A stretch of 58,896 nucleotides of DNA, filler included, from Sphacelaria rigidula (GCA_964200075.2; 10 parts of 10 records of this genome joined end to end with filler, not necessarily neighbours in it); one strand, 5' to 3'. Shown: positions 1 through 14,047, counted from the whole stretch's first letter. Translations and numbers: made by a program. The notes: a model not told the origin generated them from the sequence alone.

Positions 1-104
1 CAGGCTCGCACTCAACCACCAAGTACCAAGTGCCGTGGTGTGTTCGGCGAGTCGCATGAAGGGTGAGGTATATCCTGCTAAGATTGTTCAGCCCGAAGCC
101 TACT
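1..104 (+). repeat. Dispersed repeat fragment, unclassified
   Basis: Colinear with 53892-53996 on another contig (shared gtgttcggcgagt.gcatgaagggtgag and agattgttc.gcccgaagc.tact). Confidence 0.85.
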
Positions 105-1991
105 GATTATTTGGACCAAAAACAGTCAAAAACACCCTCTGTCAACTCAGCCCGTAAGTTCTTCGATATTGGGCGCAGAGACGCTTCTTGTTTCGGAATG
201 TGAAGTGGAACTTAATACTCAGTATCTCCCGATCCCCAAACTTCGCGATCAAACGTTCACTTGAATGAGCAGTGGCGTGCGAACAACTATTGCAAATCGT
301 CCACCACGGAAAAATTACAAAAATCCCCTTGTTCAGCTGCAAACTACTATACAGCAGTAGGGCATTACAGCCTTTGGACAGAGTATTGCAGCGTTAGGGC
401 TTTCGCGCGGCAAACTCATTATCACTTCTCACTGCTGCTGCTGCTGCTGCTGCTGTACTACGCTGTACTGGTACGCTGTACGCTGGACAAGTGTACAAGT
501 CTCAGTTACATTTTTCAGAAGAACGTAGTACCGCGTATATAGAATACACAGTAGTGGGACGTTTTTCTGATCAGACCCGCAACAAAATAGAAAGACGAAA
601 CAACAACTATCGAAGTTTGAAGTGTTGAAGCCTGAAAGCTTGTCAGCCCGTCTGGTGACGAGTCACGGCACATGGAGCACTTGCGGGCAGCTGCTAGAGT
701 GGCTGCAGGAAGCGCATAAGAATGCATCTCAACTTTATGAGCGTTTCAAGCACATGATGAGCTTTTCGGAAATTATAAACATATTATAAGATTTTCAAAA
801 ATAAGGTTATTTTTATACTGAAAACCCCCAAATTAATTAAGCAAAACTTCAAGCGCGCATACGGAACAGAAACCTAGCCTTTTTCGAGACGGAAGTATCA
901 CGTTCCGAAATCATTTCCTCGAATCTGTTTCGCTTCTGAACGACCACTTTCGTGTTATGCTCGAGCATCCCGCGTACAGAAAGAACTACCGAAGAAGATC
1001 ATCTGATTCGATGAGTCATACACCGAAGAGGAACGCGGTGAAATTGCGAAGGAAAATTGTCGTTCATGACACGGCTAGAATACAGTATAGCATACTACAG
1101 TTTGTCCTGCCAAAATAATGGGCGAGGCGGGAGACTCGCCACGAGGCGTTCGGCGCAACCACAGTTGTCAGTAAGGGGAAGTCAGAAGGTGCGGCTGGCG
1201 AAATTAGCCCGCTGAGAGCTTTCATGCTCTAAAAATCTTGTGTTTCGTTCCCCCCCCCACCCCGCGGCTTTTCCGACGCACTTCCCCCATTTTTGTTGCG
1301 CCCAGCTTTACTCTTGGCCGGACTATAATGACGGTTTCTCGTGTAATCGTAACGGACAAAAAATTCGTGTTTCTGTAAACTCTCCTGATTTATTTTGTGG
1401 AAGAGCTCATACGATTTCCGGAGCGAGGAAAAATCGCCTGTCTCACGGAAGTCAAGGGAAGAAAGCGGAAAAGTACGCTAGAATACTCTGCTACAGTACA
1501 GTAGGTTTTTCCGAGGTGGTACAGTACACCAAGCCAGTTTTGGGGCAAAGATTCGGCGCTGAATTTGCCAAGAATGCATTTTTAGCAGGTTGTGTTTATA
1601 CCTATGAGATCGTTTCATTCGTTCATTATTTTTTCATGGATTTCTCTGATTCAGCACCTTTGATCCAGTTTTTGGCCCCCAACCAGGGATTATGGTCATC
1701 ACCTGTTCGAGACACTTATCGCCCTACCGAGACAAGTCTAGCAAACTTTTCCGATTCGCTCGGCTCCGAGGTGTAAAAAAATGGTCTTTGAAAAATAATA
1801 CAGCCGGAGATGAAGAAATGCGAGCACGATGTGAAAAATTGAAAAACCACTACAATATTCCTGCAGGCAACGTAATTTTTTCATGTCGAAGTATGTTTTT
1901 GGTCAGAGGCCATTTTTTTAAACCTTGGAGCCAAGCGAATCGGAAAAGTGAGCTCCAGGCTGGGCTGCCCAAGACGCGGACAGGGATGTGA

Positions 1992-2620
1992 ACACGCGAT
2001 TATGCAGCTCAATTTTGCGTCGTTCTCTAAGAAATTTTGACTATGTACAGGACGGATGTACAAAGATTCCATCTTCTGCCCCCTACATTGTTTTTTCGGG
2101 AGTTTTTCACTATTTAGTTTTGGGAAAAAATGTTCTGAAATATTAGGTCGCCGATGAGTCACGGAGAAATAATAAAAAATATAGCGTGCAGAAGATGGGG
2201 TCTTCGCACATATGTCTTGTACATCGTGTCAAAATTTCACAGAAAACGACCGAAAATTGAGCAGCACAATCACGTGTTCGAGTCGAAGACCGGTTCCTAT
2301 GTGGAGATGGACCAGCCACGAAAAAGTGAAGCGCGATTATGCTGTTCAATTTCACGTATTTTCCCACAAATTTTGACACGATGTGCATGGGGTATGTTGT
2401 AAAGACACTGTTGTCCCTCCTTGACTTTTTTTTTTTTTCAATGAGTTGCCAACGCTTTTGTACTAGGAAAAATGTTCCGAAATTTAGATCACCAATAACC
2501 CACGAGAAGAAGAAGAATGAGGGAGAAACGGCAGGGGCTTCATATTTCACACATTCCTCATGTATATCGTGTCAAAATCTCACGGAAAACGACTCGAAAT
2601 TGAGCAACGCAACCGCGCTT
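1992..2620. mobile_element. Foldback/MITE-like region with four alternating copies of a ~60-bp motif
   Basis: Motif catcgtgtcaaaat.tcac.gaaaacgac..gaaattgagca forward at ~2220-2278 and ~2562-2620, reverse at ~1992-2050 and ~2331-2390. Termini not resolved. Confidence 0.6.
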
Positions 2621-5600
2621 TTCTGCTAAGAACTGGTTGACTTGCTTTTAGAGTACAACAACCTCAGCCGAAGCTCTGACGTTCGCTACAAGCTTTCTTC
2701 ACCCACTACTCACCGGTTCGCACACTACTACCAGACGCCTTGGCGCGCCGGAGGCCTCGTCTGCGTGCCATCTCAGACACTGCGCGCCTACAGTACGACT
2801 TGCGTTGTGTACAATCACAACTTGTGCAGCATCACCACTTCGCGGCCGCGGCACAACCGACTGGATCCGAAAATGCGATTTCAGCCGTTTTTTGCCCCAT
2901 GTCCGCCGCACACGCCACCCTCAACTCTCTACACTTCGCAGCTGACTACAGTTTGGTATTTCGTCTGATGAGAACATGTCAGATCGCAGTGCTACGTGGA
3001 GTGAAAGACGCGCGTTGATTTGCAGATCACCACGGCGTGTCATCGTAGGCACAACTCGCGATGCATCGCCAGTTGAAACCGGCTGAAGGAAAGTCCGCTT
3101 CTTAGGCGGCCCAGCCTGTAGACTCCTCTCGGTGGGGTGGTGCAAAGTGTGCAAGACATGTGATGGCGACATTCCCTATTTGGGCCAAAAACTGGGTCAT
3201 ATGTCCACCAACTGAGAAATCCACCCCCAAAAAAGAAAAGGAAGAAACGGTCTGCGAAGCGGCGTAATCGCTTGAGAATTCAATAATATGGAGAATCTTG
3301 TCTTGATACTTTCATTTTTATCGGCATTATTCATGGGGTGTGCAACACGCATGTATAGCGATAAAAAAAAGTGTGTTTTCATGCAGACACTGGTACAAAC
3401 AGAGCAACATGACTTCGACTTCAGCCCCTTGAAGATCTGAATCTTGGTGAGGAACCGAAGTCAAGTGCGTTGCAATCATGAATATTTGACGATGACCTCG
3501 CGTAGGCTTCGAGTACTGCCCTCCGGTTGATCGGTGGTGAGGATATTATGCAACATTTTTAACATATGATATGTCTTGCAGCCCCTGAAGGAGAGTGGTT
3601 CGTTTGTTAGTAAAAGTTAACTCTGCTTGCTGGGGCCTCTACTTTTTTTTCAATTTTTTGTGCTCCACCTTGACAGGGTCGTGTCTCGATTCCGTAGGCA
3701 CCCGACCCATAGAGGGACGCTAGGAGAGCAGCTTTTTGAGGGGCAGGGGAGGGGGGGTCGGAATATGTAATGTGTTTTTGTGTACAAAACGCCTACATAG
3801 ACGAGGCAGTTGCCACGCATGTGCCGCGCGTCATGATTGTTCGTTCGAAGACCACGATTAGCCGCGCTTGGCCGCCTCGAGACAGCAGCAATATAATTGG
3901 GCCAATGATGGTAATATACACGTATGTGGTCAATACGAACAGCTGTTTGGTTGGAACAGCTAACCGGCATCTCGTATTTCGTGCGAGGTGAACGCAGGCA
4001 GTGCGTGTGCGGTTGTGTGGTTAATTTTTTTTTTTTCATGTTGTGCCTGAAGTTCGCGTAAAATTTAGCCAACCCCCCCACAGCCAACTGGGCAGGATGA
4101 GCACAAGTTGACGCACGCACACACATACACAAGCAGCACGCATAAAACCGCCGCGGTTGAGTTTGCCCCCCTCACAACCCCCTGCTAGTGAAAACTGCGC
4201 TGCGGCAGCATTTGGGTCTCCGTCGCTGGATACTTTGCCATCATCTGTGGTGGATAGTGAACGCGTGACGGGGGTAGCTATCGCCGGCGACACTACTGAG
4301 CCTGGCAGTACTCAGCTGATTGATGCACGGGCGGGAGGAAAGGCGCAATTGCCTCGCTCAACCACGGCAAAATGCTTTTGAACCCTTCTTCTTCTCTTTC
4401 TTTTCTTTTCTTTTCTTTTCTTTTCGTCACATTAGCTCGATCTATCGAACCATCATACCCGTAAGTCAGACAGCTCGCAGAGGAAGGCGAGAAATAAAAC
4501 ATCTACACACAAAAAAAGGCACCTACATTACGAAAGATCCGTAAATGATCGATTGGGCTACAGGAGACCTACTGGAAGCTAAAAAGTCCCGGCGTGTGAC
4601 CTCTCCGACTACTTTGCCACGTACGGGTGCCTACTCTGTGTAGTAACAGTGAGTAAGCCGGTAATCGAACTGTCTCATAGAACAGGAACCAATCCCAAAA
4701 TATAACTACTTTCTAGAGTGCCAGTCAAAGAGATCCTCTACAGAGCCCGCGCACTGGAGAATGAACAACGTCATATAAGAAGATCCAAAATACGACAAGA
4801 AGAACAAAAAAGACGAGCTAATGGCAACGAGGAGGGAAAACGAGGACCCAAGTTTTCCCTTGGCTTCTAGTAAAGTAGCATCGTCATATGAACACAACAG
4901 AAAGGGCGTGTCTAGCCCACACACGACATGCGCTGTCAGCATAATACGTGACCTGTTCAGAGTGTACTACATTCCACGATGGAAACATGGGGCACCATCT
5001 GCATGTAGTTACCACAGCAAAACAACTATATCAACCGCCCTCAACAAAATTCGCCGCCCTGCTCTGCTCTTCTCCGCTGCAAGATCCTCCTCGATGTTGA
5101 CCTCCTCACGCTCCCGTCTGTCTTCACCAGCGTCCATGGCCAACGCAACCACCCGTCCTTGCCAGCGTCCATGGTCCCACGCGTTCTCGTTATTCTTCAT
5201 AGTCAGTGCCCCCCCCCATGCCTACTTTGGTGTGAGACACTTCCTCCTTCGTGATGCACTCCGGCTCTGGTCTTGAAGTGTCTCGTTCAGGAGGCACAAC
5301 CAGACCTCACACGTCCGTCGACGACCGCTTCTCCTCCACCCTTGTCGCCGAAATCAGCGTATAGTACACATCGGCACACGCTCCCTTGTATCAAGGGTGC
5401 GCGTGCCAGCTTTCGACAGCAGTGTCTGTTGCCTCCGCGCGCACACCGAATTCCAAACATGCCCGCACTCAAGGTGTTGACACATTACATTGTGTAACAT
5501 GAGAAATCCCCGCACTCAGGGCCTTAGCATAGTATACTGTATTATAAGAGGGGTGGATGTGCCTGGTGGATACCGCGCTGACCCAACTCTACCGTCACAC

Positions 5601-5749
5601 CACGTATCGTGTTGAGGAGAGTGGTACGAACGGGCTCTCCATACACCGTAAACCCTCAGTTGGTGATACTCTGATCGACTCTTGAAAAGAGGCAATGCCA
5701 GTTCGAGACGTTTTCTAACTCTGGCTTAGCCTCAAGGGCCCCCTCCCGA

Positions 5750-5800
<51 letters not shown>

Positions 5801-5900
5801 NNNNNNNNNNNNNNNNNNNNNNNNNNNNNNNNNNNNNNNNNNNNTTAATTAATTAANNNNNNNNNNNNNNNNNNNNNNNNNNNNNNNNNNNNNNNNNNNN
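5801..5900. other. Artificial contig-joining linker (N44-TTAATTAATTAA-N44), first of nine
   Basis: Identical 100-nt linkers with six-frame stops at 5801-5900, 11701-11800, 17601-17700, 23501-23600, 29401-29500, 35301-35400, 41200-41299, 47099-47198, 52998-53097. Contigs between them are 5800 or 5799 bp in decreasing order. Confidence 0.98.
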
Positions 5901-5953
5901 CTTTTTGTTGGTTCCTGCCTTGATTCTGTCCCCCCCGCCCCCCGCCCCCCGTC

Positions 5954-5984
<31 letters not shown>

Positions 5985-6615
5985 CGTTTGGCAACATACT
6001 TCCACCACTTGAACATACGATTTGGAGAAAATCACCAGGACGTGAACAACGTAACGTTCTTGCAGAGAAAGGTGATGCTTGCAAAAGTGGAACTGTCATG
6101 TCCATGTTTGTTTTTCCAATGCAAATACCGAAACCGCGGTCGAACGAAAACATGCATGAAAAAAACAGTGCAGGCGTCACATGAGGACACCGCAAAAGCC
6201 GCGTTTAGTGGCTCCTCGGATCTCTAGATGTTGCATACACACCTTAGCAAGGTCAGGCAAACTAGTGCAAGAACTAGTGCTTGTGTGAAATGCTCTACAT
6301 GACGTGGGGTCGGTGGGAAAGGATGCACGAGGCATGTAGGCCATCATTCGCAGAGGGGCGGGGCGGGAGGTGTACTCATGATCATGCAGGGGGGGCGCGG
6401 GTTCGTAAATGGAATGCAGTTGCTCAGCGGCGTCGTTGGTGTCACTGCTGTTGAACGTTAGCCGTCGATATTTCAGTTTTCAACAAGGACGTCTAACGTT
6501 CAAAGTGGAGCGCATAATCAGTATCCACGAGAAAAAATAGACGTTACTCATTCAGGCTTTCATGCTGTCATGTCTTGCTCCGCACCTCGTGCACCCTCAG
6601 TAAAACGATTCTTAC

Positions 6616-9400
6616 CTCGCCCCCCGGATGAGCGTACTTGCGCGCGATTTCCGTGGCTTCCTTGAGGGCCATTTGCGGCGTTTTGGGCTTGGAAGACCCC
6701 TCGTCTCCTGGCTCCGGCCGCGGGACACACAGGCCCAACTTCGCCGCCGTCATGAGCGCGGTCTGGGGACAGGCCAAAACAAGATGAGAAACAAACAAGA
6801 TGGGAAGCTGGATCAAGATGCGATGCGGTAGCATGCCAAATACGTTATTTTTCGTGAGTGGGTACATAGATGTGAGCGGGAACGGCGCAAGGGGTTCTAA
6901 TTAGGCGTTGGTACAGCGACAAACCGAGAGTTTGAACGGAGTCTGAACACTGCAAACGGACAAAAAGAAAAATTGTAAGCATAACAAGACACGACCATGA
7001 AAAAGTGTAAGCTGCAGTATAAAATAGCGATTTTGTCATTAACTTGACGGTAGTACGAATATTAAGAGCGATGGATGGCAATCGAACTGCCGACAGGATA
7101 CTCGAAACTTAGAACAGGAAGTGGTGATGAATAAACGGCCCTCTTGAGGTTCGGGAAACACGCAATTTTCTCGAGTGCCTGTCGCTATTTGCTGGTGATA
7201 GCGCGCCAGAAGAACCTCACTTGCAACAGGCAAGAAATAAAGTTCGATCAAACAGGAACAAGATACAGAGAAGAGCAGCTGCCGCTTTAGGAAGCTTCCA
7301 CACCAGAAATCGGAATGAGAGAAAAAAAAGCCGCCACCGCACACCGGTGGTATAATGGTGTGACAGTCACCCTTAGTTTTAGCGAACTGCCATATGATGG
7401 TGGATTCCTGCCAGATGAACTATTAATACGTGTTTTTCTTCTCAAATATCCGATTTCCACCGTCGAAAGCGGGCGTACGTGAGTACACAAAAAGTGCTTG
7501 ACTTGAGTTTGTTTGACGAGAGTTGACGCAGAGCGGGAGTGCTTACCCAATCCGCCATACCAAAATGCAAGGCGTGTACCAGGGAGAGATCGGATGATCA
7601 CTGGAGACCACCAACTGGTCTCGGGGACGAGAAGGGGTGCAAAGTGTGACAAAAAGAAATGTACACCAACGCACCGCCTTCATCCGCTCCAGCGGATCCG
7701 TCGACTTCAGCCCCTTGGCCGCAATCGCCATAGCCGCCTTCGTCAGATTTTCCTTCTTCGCCGCGATTGCCGCCTCGCTCTCCTCCCCCTCGTCTGCCCC
7801 GGCCTCCGCCTTGTCCTTGCCCCCACCCAAAAGCTCCGACGGATCTCGCAATCCTTGCTCGATCTCGTACTGCCGCTTCTCCATCGACCGCATCTGGGTA
7901 ACAGGTGTGAAGGGGATAAGTCGGGGTGAGTTGGAGAGATGAGCGGGGGGAAAGGATGGTTAGGTTGGTGATCGCGGACACGGCAACGATTTATTGTCGT
8001 CTACAGAGGCGAACATACGCACCAAAAGTTTTCCACTCATGGATATATGGATTTCAAGGGCATGTCGGGTACGGTATACTCAAGATTTCGGTGCTTTAAA
8101 AAGTCACACGCCAACGGCACAAGTCAGTCACAATAACTTGTATGGGCCTTCGAGAAGGTAACAACAGCGCTGACGGGCTGCTGCGCCATGGCCTGGGTCG
8201 GATCTCCGCTTCACAGAATACCAAAATATCGAGTATACTCTAATCGACCTGCTTTTGATGGATTCATTTATTCGCTGCGAAGTCAATCACGTTACCGTAA
8301 CTGTTTTTCACAACCATGCGCAAATCACCAACTGCGCACATACCGTCTATGCCGCGCGCAGGTACCCTCCCACAGTGATATCGAATATCCGAGGTGAGCG
8401 AGGGAAACGGGGACTGGCGGGGGGGGACGAGAAAGAGCGCAAGCACAGCCAACAACAGAAATAATTGGACCCAAGCCAAGGCCACGAACCATGATCGAAG
8501 GACATTTGAAGAAGGGGGAACACACACACATTTACACACCCGGAGATCTCCCAAAAACCATGATATCAACAATTTGTAGGACAAAAACGTCTCACCTGTT
8601 GCGATTCGCTCTGTTCCGTGTCGTCGAACGTAAAACCCTTCCCAGCGAAGCCGCTGCTCGCGTACCTGGCCTCTCCTTTTTCCACCTTGCTTTTGAAGTC
8701 ATCCGCCATCTTCACCAGCTCTGCCGGTATCTACCTCGAATAAACCATCAAAGTTTGGTGTCATCACAAAACCAGAACAACAAGGCATTCGGGATGTCAT
8801 GGGGGGGGGGGGGATCAGGCCTCACACGAACGTTCTCGAACGACGGTCACCCACGTGAGCAAAGCAACGGAGATCGAATCGCACGCCATCGGCTTGCATC
8901 CCTCTCGCCAGCCTTCCATGGCAATCTTGTGCACCCACGGAGGACTGACCAACTACAGCGGGTGATATCAGTACTCTGGCTTGAGGGACGATGATCGTGG
9001 ATGTACAGTAGTAGTGTGGACTTCAAACCGGTTGCCATCACTAGTCTCATAGAACGTGTGTCTCTCCTTGGGCACCGTCCACACAGCTAGCAAGTGACTG
9101 TTGTTAAGGAATGACTTCTCGTGGATGTTGTCTAGAGGACCAGAATAGCAAACAGTCAGGAACGTTATCTCCATCCGTACGAACACACACAAAAAGAAAC
9201 GAGTACGCACCTTCTGTTTGGACTGGGTGAGGGCCTTGATGAGCGTCGGGGCGTGCTGCTCCTCTTCTGCGCTGATGAACGTGTAGGCAGTACCCTTCCT
9301 ACCAGCCCTCCCCGTTCGTCCCACTCGGTGCACATAGTCCTCCAGGTGATTGGGGCACGAGTAGTTGATCACGCACACGAGATCCGGTACGTCCAGACCC
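6616..9400 (-). CDS. DDX46: DEAD-box RNA helicase DDX46/Prp5, C-terminal exons (partial gene)
   Basis: GT-AG exons 9400-9211 ([41 protein letters not shown], motifs V-VI), 8730-8596 ([12 protein letters not shown], typical of DDX46/Prp5), 7893-7675 and 6762-6616, all in one frame. Confidence 0.88.
7339..7660 (+). mobile_element. tRNA-derived SINE, family B (in DDX46 intron)
   Basis: A-box-like ccggtggtataatggt and degenerate B box; body colinear with 41565-41996 (-) (gatttccaccgt.gaaagcg, tgagtttgtttgacg.gagttgacgc, ggcgtgtacc); A-rich 3' end. Confidence 0.75.
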
Positions 9401-10971
9401 CTGCTCGACCAAAAGATATAAAACATGGAAGGGAAAAACGAAACATGAACCAAATGAATAAGGTCGAACGAAAAAATCACGAAATCCATCATGTTCAGAC
9501 CCCGGGTATTCAGGCGTCTTATTAGAGGTATCTCGAACTCGGGGATCCTGGTATATTGGACGAATACTTCAGAAAGTCCTGCATTTCAAGTTTGAGATAA
9601 CTCAACGGAGATCCCGAAATGAAATCGAGGACTCTCCAAATGGGTCTTTGAGGAAGATCCTTCCCGGTTCATGACGTGGAGGGGAACCAAGAACGCTAGA
9701 GAACTGTTAAGAACGACTTCCATTTTCACAGTTTCACCAACTATTAGTATAATGCGCATGGCCACGTCACGTTTTCGATCCTTGTGGTTGAAAGTTGGAA
9801 ATAACTTTGCGACGTTTCCTAGAAGGAAAAAAAAAGTTGATGTTCCGCGAGTCATCCCTACAGAAAGATTCGGGAATTTTCAGCTGGATCTTCGATGAAG
9901 ATCCATCCTTGTTTAGAGAATCCTGTCATTTAGCTCGAAGCAATCATAAACGAGGATTTTTGTCACTGTCGTTGGGGCCTACGCTTCGGGGTATGCAGTC
10001 ACGACATACCATCGTATACACCCAAGGCTCCGCTGCGTTCGTGACATGGGGGACGAGAGTGAAAACAGTTGTCGTGCCTCCCACAAGAAGGAAGCATATT
10101 TCTCAGCGCTGCCGCTTGCGTACATACACATGTAGTAGCCCAAGGTAACAAGTACAGACGACTTCACAGTGACTGAATTATACTCTCCTCTTCGTCTGTT
10201 GTGTTGATTAGTTTGGCACCGCCATGTTCGCCGTACCGTGTGTCTACAGCCTTCGTCCGCCACGAGATGAGCTTGTACCTCTGGATGTGTGATCCAGATG
10301 TACTACCAATCTGATCGCTCCATTTCGCTTGGGAATCGCCAGGGGAGTTGTCAAAATCCTAGTGTTCGTGCGGTCTAATCTCGTAGCGTTCCAACAAAAC
10401 ACAGAATCATAAAAAGTACAGTATAGTACTCCTAACACAATACAGTACGGGCCCCACCGCGCAACACCAGCTGAAGTGTCACAGTAACGGAAAGCGCGCT
10501 GTTCATATTACGGAAGACGATGCAGCCAACACACCCATAAAGTTTTCATCAGTGTGCAGCAACCACCGCGTGCCGACTAACTTTGCTTCCTGCGGAGATG
10601 AACACAATGACAATATCGCAGCTCGCATGCAATCCAACCCGTCTTCGCACGGCCTTAACACACCACGACAGTACAGGCAGTTGAAGCTCGAAGACATTAG
10701 GAGGGCTTGAGTGTTTTTGCTGCGGTACAGTTGTGAACAGAACATGTCCCAAGTTCTAGTCCCCCGTCTGATTTTGGAGAGGTCCTCAATTCTGGGCCAG
10801 TGCCGAGTTTCAACGCGCGGCCATAGTCCGGCTTCTTTCGATTCACCTTGGGTTATCCTCATCTCTGTGTGGGAAGTTTGGCTTGTGATAAGGCTTCGCC
10901 CGCTAATTTCATCAAGCAGATTCTGTCCCGGTACGTCTTCAGTTCGTCCACGTTTTGGGGCTAGTCAATCT

Positions 10972-11322
10972 TTTGACCGCGAGGGTATAGGTCACCTTTT
11001 GAATCCGCTTTAATTTCACTTGAAAAAAGTATGTATCTTCCATATGGACTGTCCGCATCGTGGTCCAAGGGTTCACCGGCGTTGGGCTACAAATGTTCAT
11101 GGTTGACATATTTTACAAGTATTGCTAACCCTAACCCTAACCCAACTCAACGCATACCGAGAACCCTCGGGCAATACGGGCAGTACATATATTCCCTACG
11201 CAAAGGGCGACCTTCGTAGACCCCAGATCGATGCCCGTGGCGCCGATTTGAACGAAAACGCATTTTGAGCAGGGGAGGAGCACACTGGACTGTCAGCCCT
11301 ACTAAATATCCGATTCTCGTTG
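10972..11322 (+). mobile_element. Dispersed repeat with internal (CCCTAA)n tract
   Basis: (CTAACC)3 at 11125-11142 followed by gcataccgagaaccctcgggc...ggactgtcagccc, as at 46216-46430 and 33852-34000; the 5' part matches 29090-29190. Confidence 0.75.
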
Positions 11323-12686
11323 TACACCAGTCCTGCGCCAAGAGAAAATAAAACAATCCAGTACCGACATGCCTGCATAGAAGAACCATTTGACAAGCAT
11401 TCGGCTGATATCAGCCGTGAAGTAGACACACTTCACACGAGCGGCGGGCCCGGCACAAGGCAGCATCGGCCCAGCGCGTGGCATTGGTGGCAAGCTTTGC
11501 TCAAGGCGGGATCTTCGGTGTAGATTCTTGGCTGAAAAAGTGATGCTATCCCGCGTGGGGTGGTGTGAATAGTGTTGCTCTTCATTGGTGCATCTCGTGC
11601 ACGATGCAACGCCGATAGGCGGCGACCACGGTCAGGGCACGAGGCCAAAAGGACGCGTGCCGGCTAGTGCACGATGTAGTCAGCCTTCGTGAAAAAGAAA
11701 NNNNNNNNNNNNNNNNNNNNNNNNNNNNNNNNNNNNNNNNNNNNTTAATTAATTAANNNNNNNNNNNNNNNNNNNNNNNNNNNNNNNNNNNNNNNNNNNN
11801 GGCGCTCATTACTTTCCTTCCGTAGCTCATTACGTTTCTTCCATATATTACACAAGAACCTCTCACATATCTTATAGGGGGGGGAGGGGAGGGGCGTGGG
11901 TGCAGAAAGATTGAAGGCAAACGAGAAAAGGAGGGAAGCGTGGACGATAGTTCATGAGACGAACAAAAATGGCAAAGAACGAAACATATATTTTCTCGTT
12001 TTGGTCGATTCTTGGGGGGGGGGGGGGGGCTTATGGACCAGCACCTTGTGGGAAATCCATTGCTTCAAATTGTCCTCACCGGTTGGGGTCTTGCCGTGAT
12101 GAATTTATATTGTCATGTTTCGCACAGGCACTGGACGTGTGGGTGATTTCCTAACGTTGACTATTGTGGCGTACAACGAACGAGGATAGTTCTGGGAACT
12201 GCTGGTGTCTTTGTCGTGGTGTAATTTGATCCATTTCTTTTCTCGTATTCACTAACCCGCCGACAATCCAGCCGCGCTCACGAAGCACGAAGTCTTTCTC
12301 CTACAATAATGCTGCCTTGGGTAACAAAATCATTTTCCAGTTATCTTGCCGGGTGATGGATCATTCTCGGAACGATTTGCCTTACTTTCTTTCACCAAAA
12401 CGTCGACCGACGCCCGAAACACACCACCCATCCTCCCAAAAGCTTCGACATGCATTGAACATTCCCGGAGATTTTGAGCATTGCCCGCGGCTTCCTACTG
12501 TTCAGCATAAACGGATGAAAAAGTTTGGTTAGCGACAAGGTGTGTTTTGCTCTCTCATCTTTTGGAGGCGGGAAGACAGAATACACACGGCGGTCCTCAA
12601 AAGATAGATGGCAATACTGCGCGGGCCAGACCTCGCATTTCCGGCGGGGTACTTCCATCTCATTTCAACATTTTCACGAGGGAGTG

Positions 12687-12993
12687 CTCCCCGGTGGCGC
12701 AAGTTGCAGTGTACTGTAGTGTAGTTTGCATCCGACAACCATTAGGCCAGAGTAGGGGCTTCGATTTCCACCTGATACAATACTACACCATTCTTCCCTC
12801 GGAAGCATCTGATTTCCGACGTTGAAGACGTGAGAACTCCACTAGCAAAGGAAATTTGACAAAAGTCGACGTGATGCGGGAGTGCGGATCCTATCGGCAA
12901 TACCAGAATATCAAGCATGCACCGGGGGAAAGATTGGTTGATCCCTTCAGACAACGTATTCGTCCCGATTCGGGAGGGGGGGTAAAGTATGAC
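12687..12993 (+). mobile_element. tRNA-derived SINE, family B, diverged copy
   Basis: Head ccccggtggcgcaagttg...ggcttcgatttcc; body gatttccgacgttgaagacgtgagaac and gcgggagtgc...gcaccgggggaaagattggttgatc align with the other B copies. Confidence 0.65.
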
Positions 12994-13685
12994 GCTTCCC
13001 CGGAAAGGAGCTGCGACGGAGGAGAACGGGCTACGCCTCCGTCGACTTGCACGGGTTAAGCGAGGTGCTCGAGTCGTTAGGCATAGTGCGGAGGTGGAGG
13101 ACGAGGTCAGCTTTCAAGGCTTGGAAGAAAACAGGCTTGGACACGCGACGAACCATGTCGACAGAAGACCAGAGCACAGGCTAACCACCGTTTCTCTTGC
13201 ATAACCCGTTTCCCTCACAGAATTTCAAGTCAAGCACAGTCGGGGCCTGGTGTGAAAATTGGGAATTTATTCTCCGAGGCCCACCATCAGTTCATGATCC
13301 AAGCTGTATTTTCCACTGCGTTGAGCGTTGGTCGTCAACTGTTGATAGTATCGTTCCGGAGCGTATCGCTTCCACGTTGGACGTTTCTTTTTTGCTACCG
13401 GCGCCGAACCCGCTTCCGGCCGGTCCCCCTTCAGGATGGAACAGGAACGGCGCCAACGCCACGCTCCGAGCCTTCATGTGTAGTGTTACTCCCACGATAT
13501 GGCCTACAACACTGCACGAGCCAGTCGTTCACTTTTCGCGGTATAGTTTCACTTTGATTGCACATGCTTGAATGTGTACACTGTTATCGAAACGTCTATG
13601 CATCTCCTTCAAGTATGTCATCAATTTTTAGTAGCACTATTCAAATAGTGCGCATAGTAGTAGTACGTGTCGTCGGTATGATATG

Positions 13686-14047
13686 TGTCGGTTGGTATGC
13701 AACGATGTAACGTATGCGAAAGGTGTAGCGTATGCGGAGGCATCACACTGTAGCGTATCTATTGTTGAAGGATGCTCGACATCACTCCTTTGTGTATCTC
13801 TCTGAGTTGCCTGCGTGTCTTGGATAAGATAATCAACATACCTGGATTACCAGCAGTCTTTGTGAGTATATCTGTCTGTATTGGTCGAAAGCGACGTGTT
13901 GAAGCATTGAGCAATTGTCTTCAGCACTGAAGCACCGCTGTACTTCTTCTGCTGCTGTAAGTTCTCCTAGCTATCACAACCGACTAAAGTCGGTAGACGT
14001 GAGCCTTTGCCACATCAGAGTGGATGCACACAACAAAATCCATAATA
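13686..14047 (+). mobile_element. Putative 5' LTR of copia element 1
   Basis: Begins TGTCGG, ends ATAATA (likely mutated ACA), followed directly by GGTTATGATCC at 14048, resembling the GGTTATGGGCCC tRNA-Met-fragment primer site of copia; lies upstream of gag. No second LTR to confirm. Confidence 0.5.

Noticed and set aside
142..5497. Short ORFs in contig 1
   Set aside because: No recognisable domains or consistent splice pattern; mostly repeat-derived or low-complexity sequence.
5845..5856. TTAATTAATTAA recurring every ~5.9 kb as a biological periodic motif
   Set aside because: Always embedded in a fixed N-run; it is an assembly linker with stops in six frames.
12040..12686. Decayed retroelement coding region
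   Set aside because: Looks like degraded coding DNA but I found no recognisable motif in any frame; needs BLASTX.
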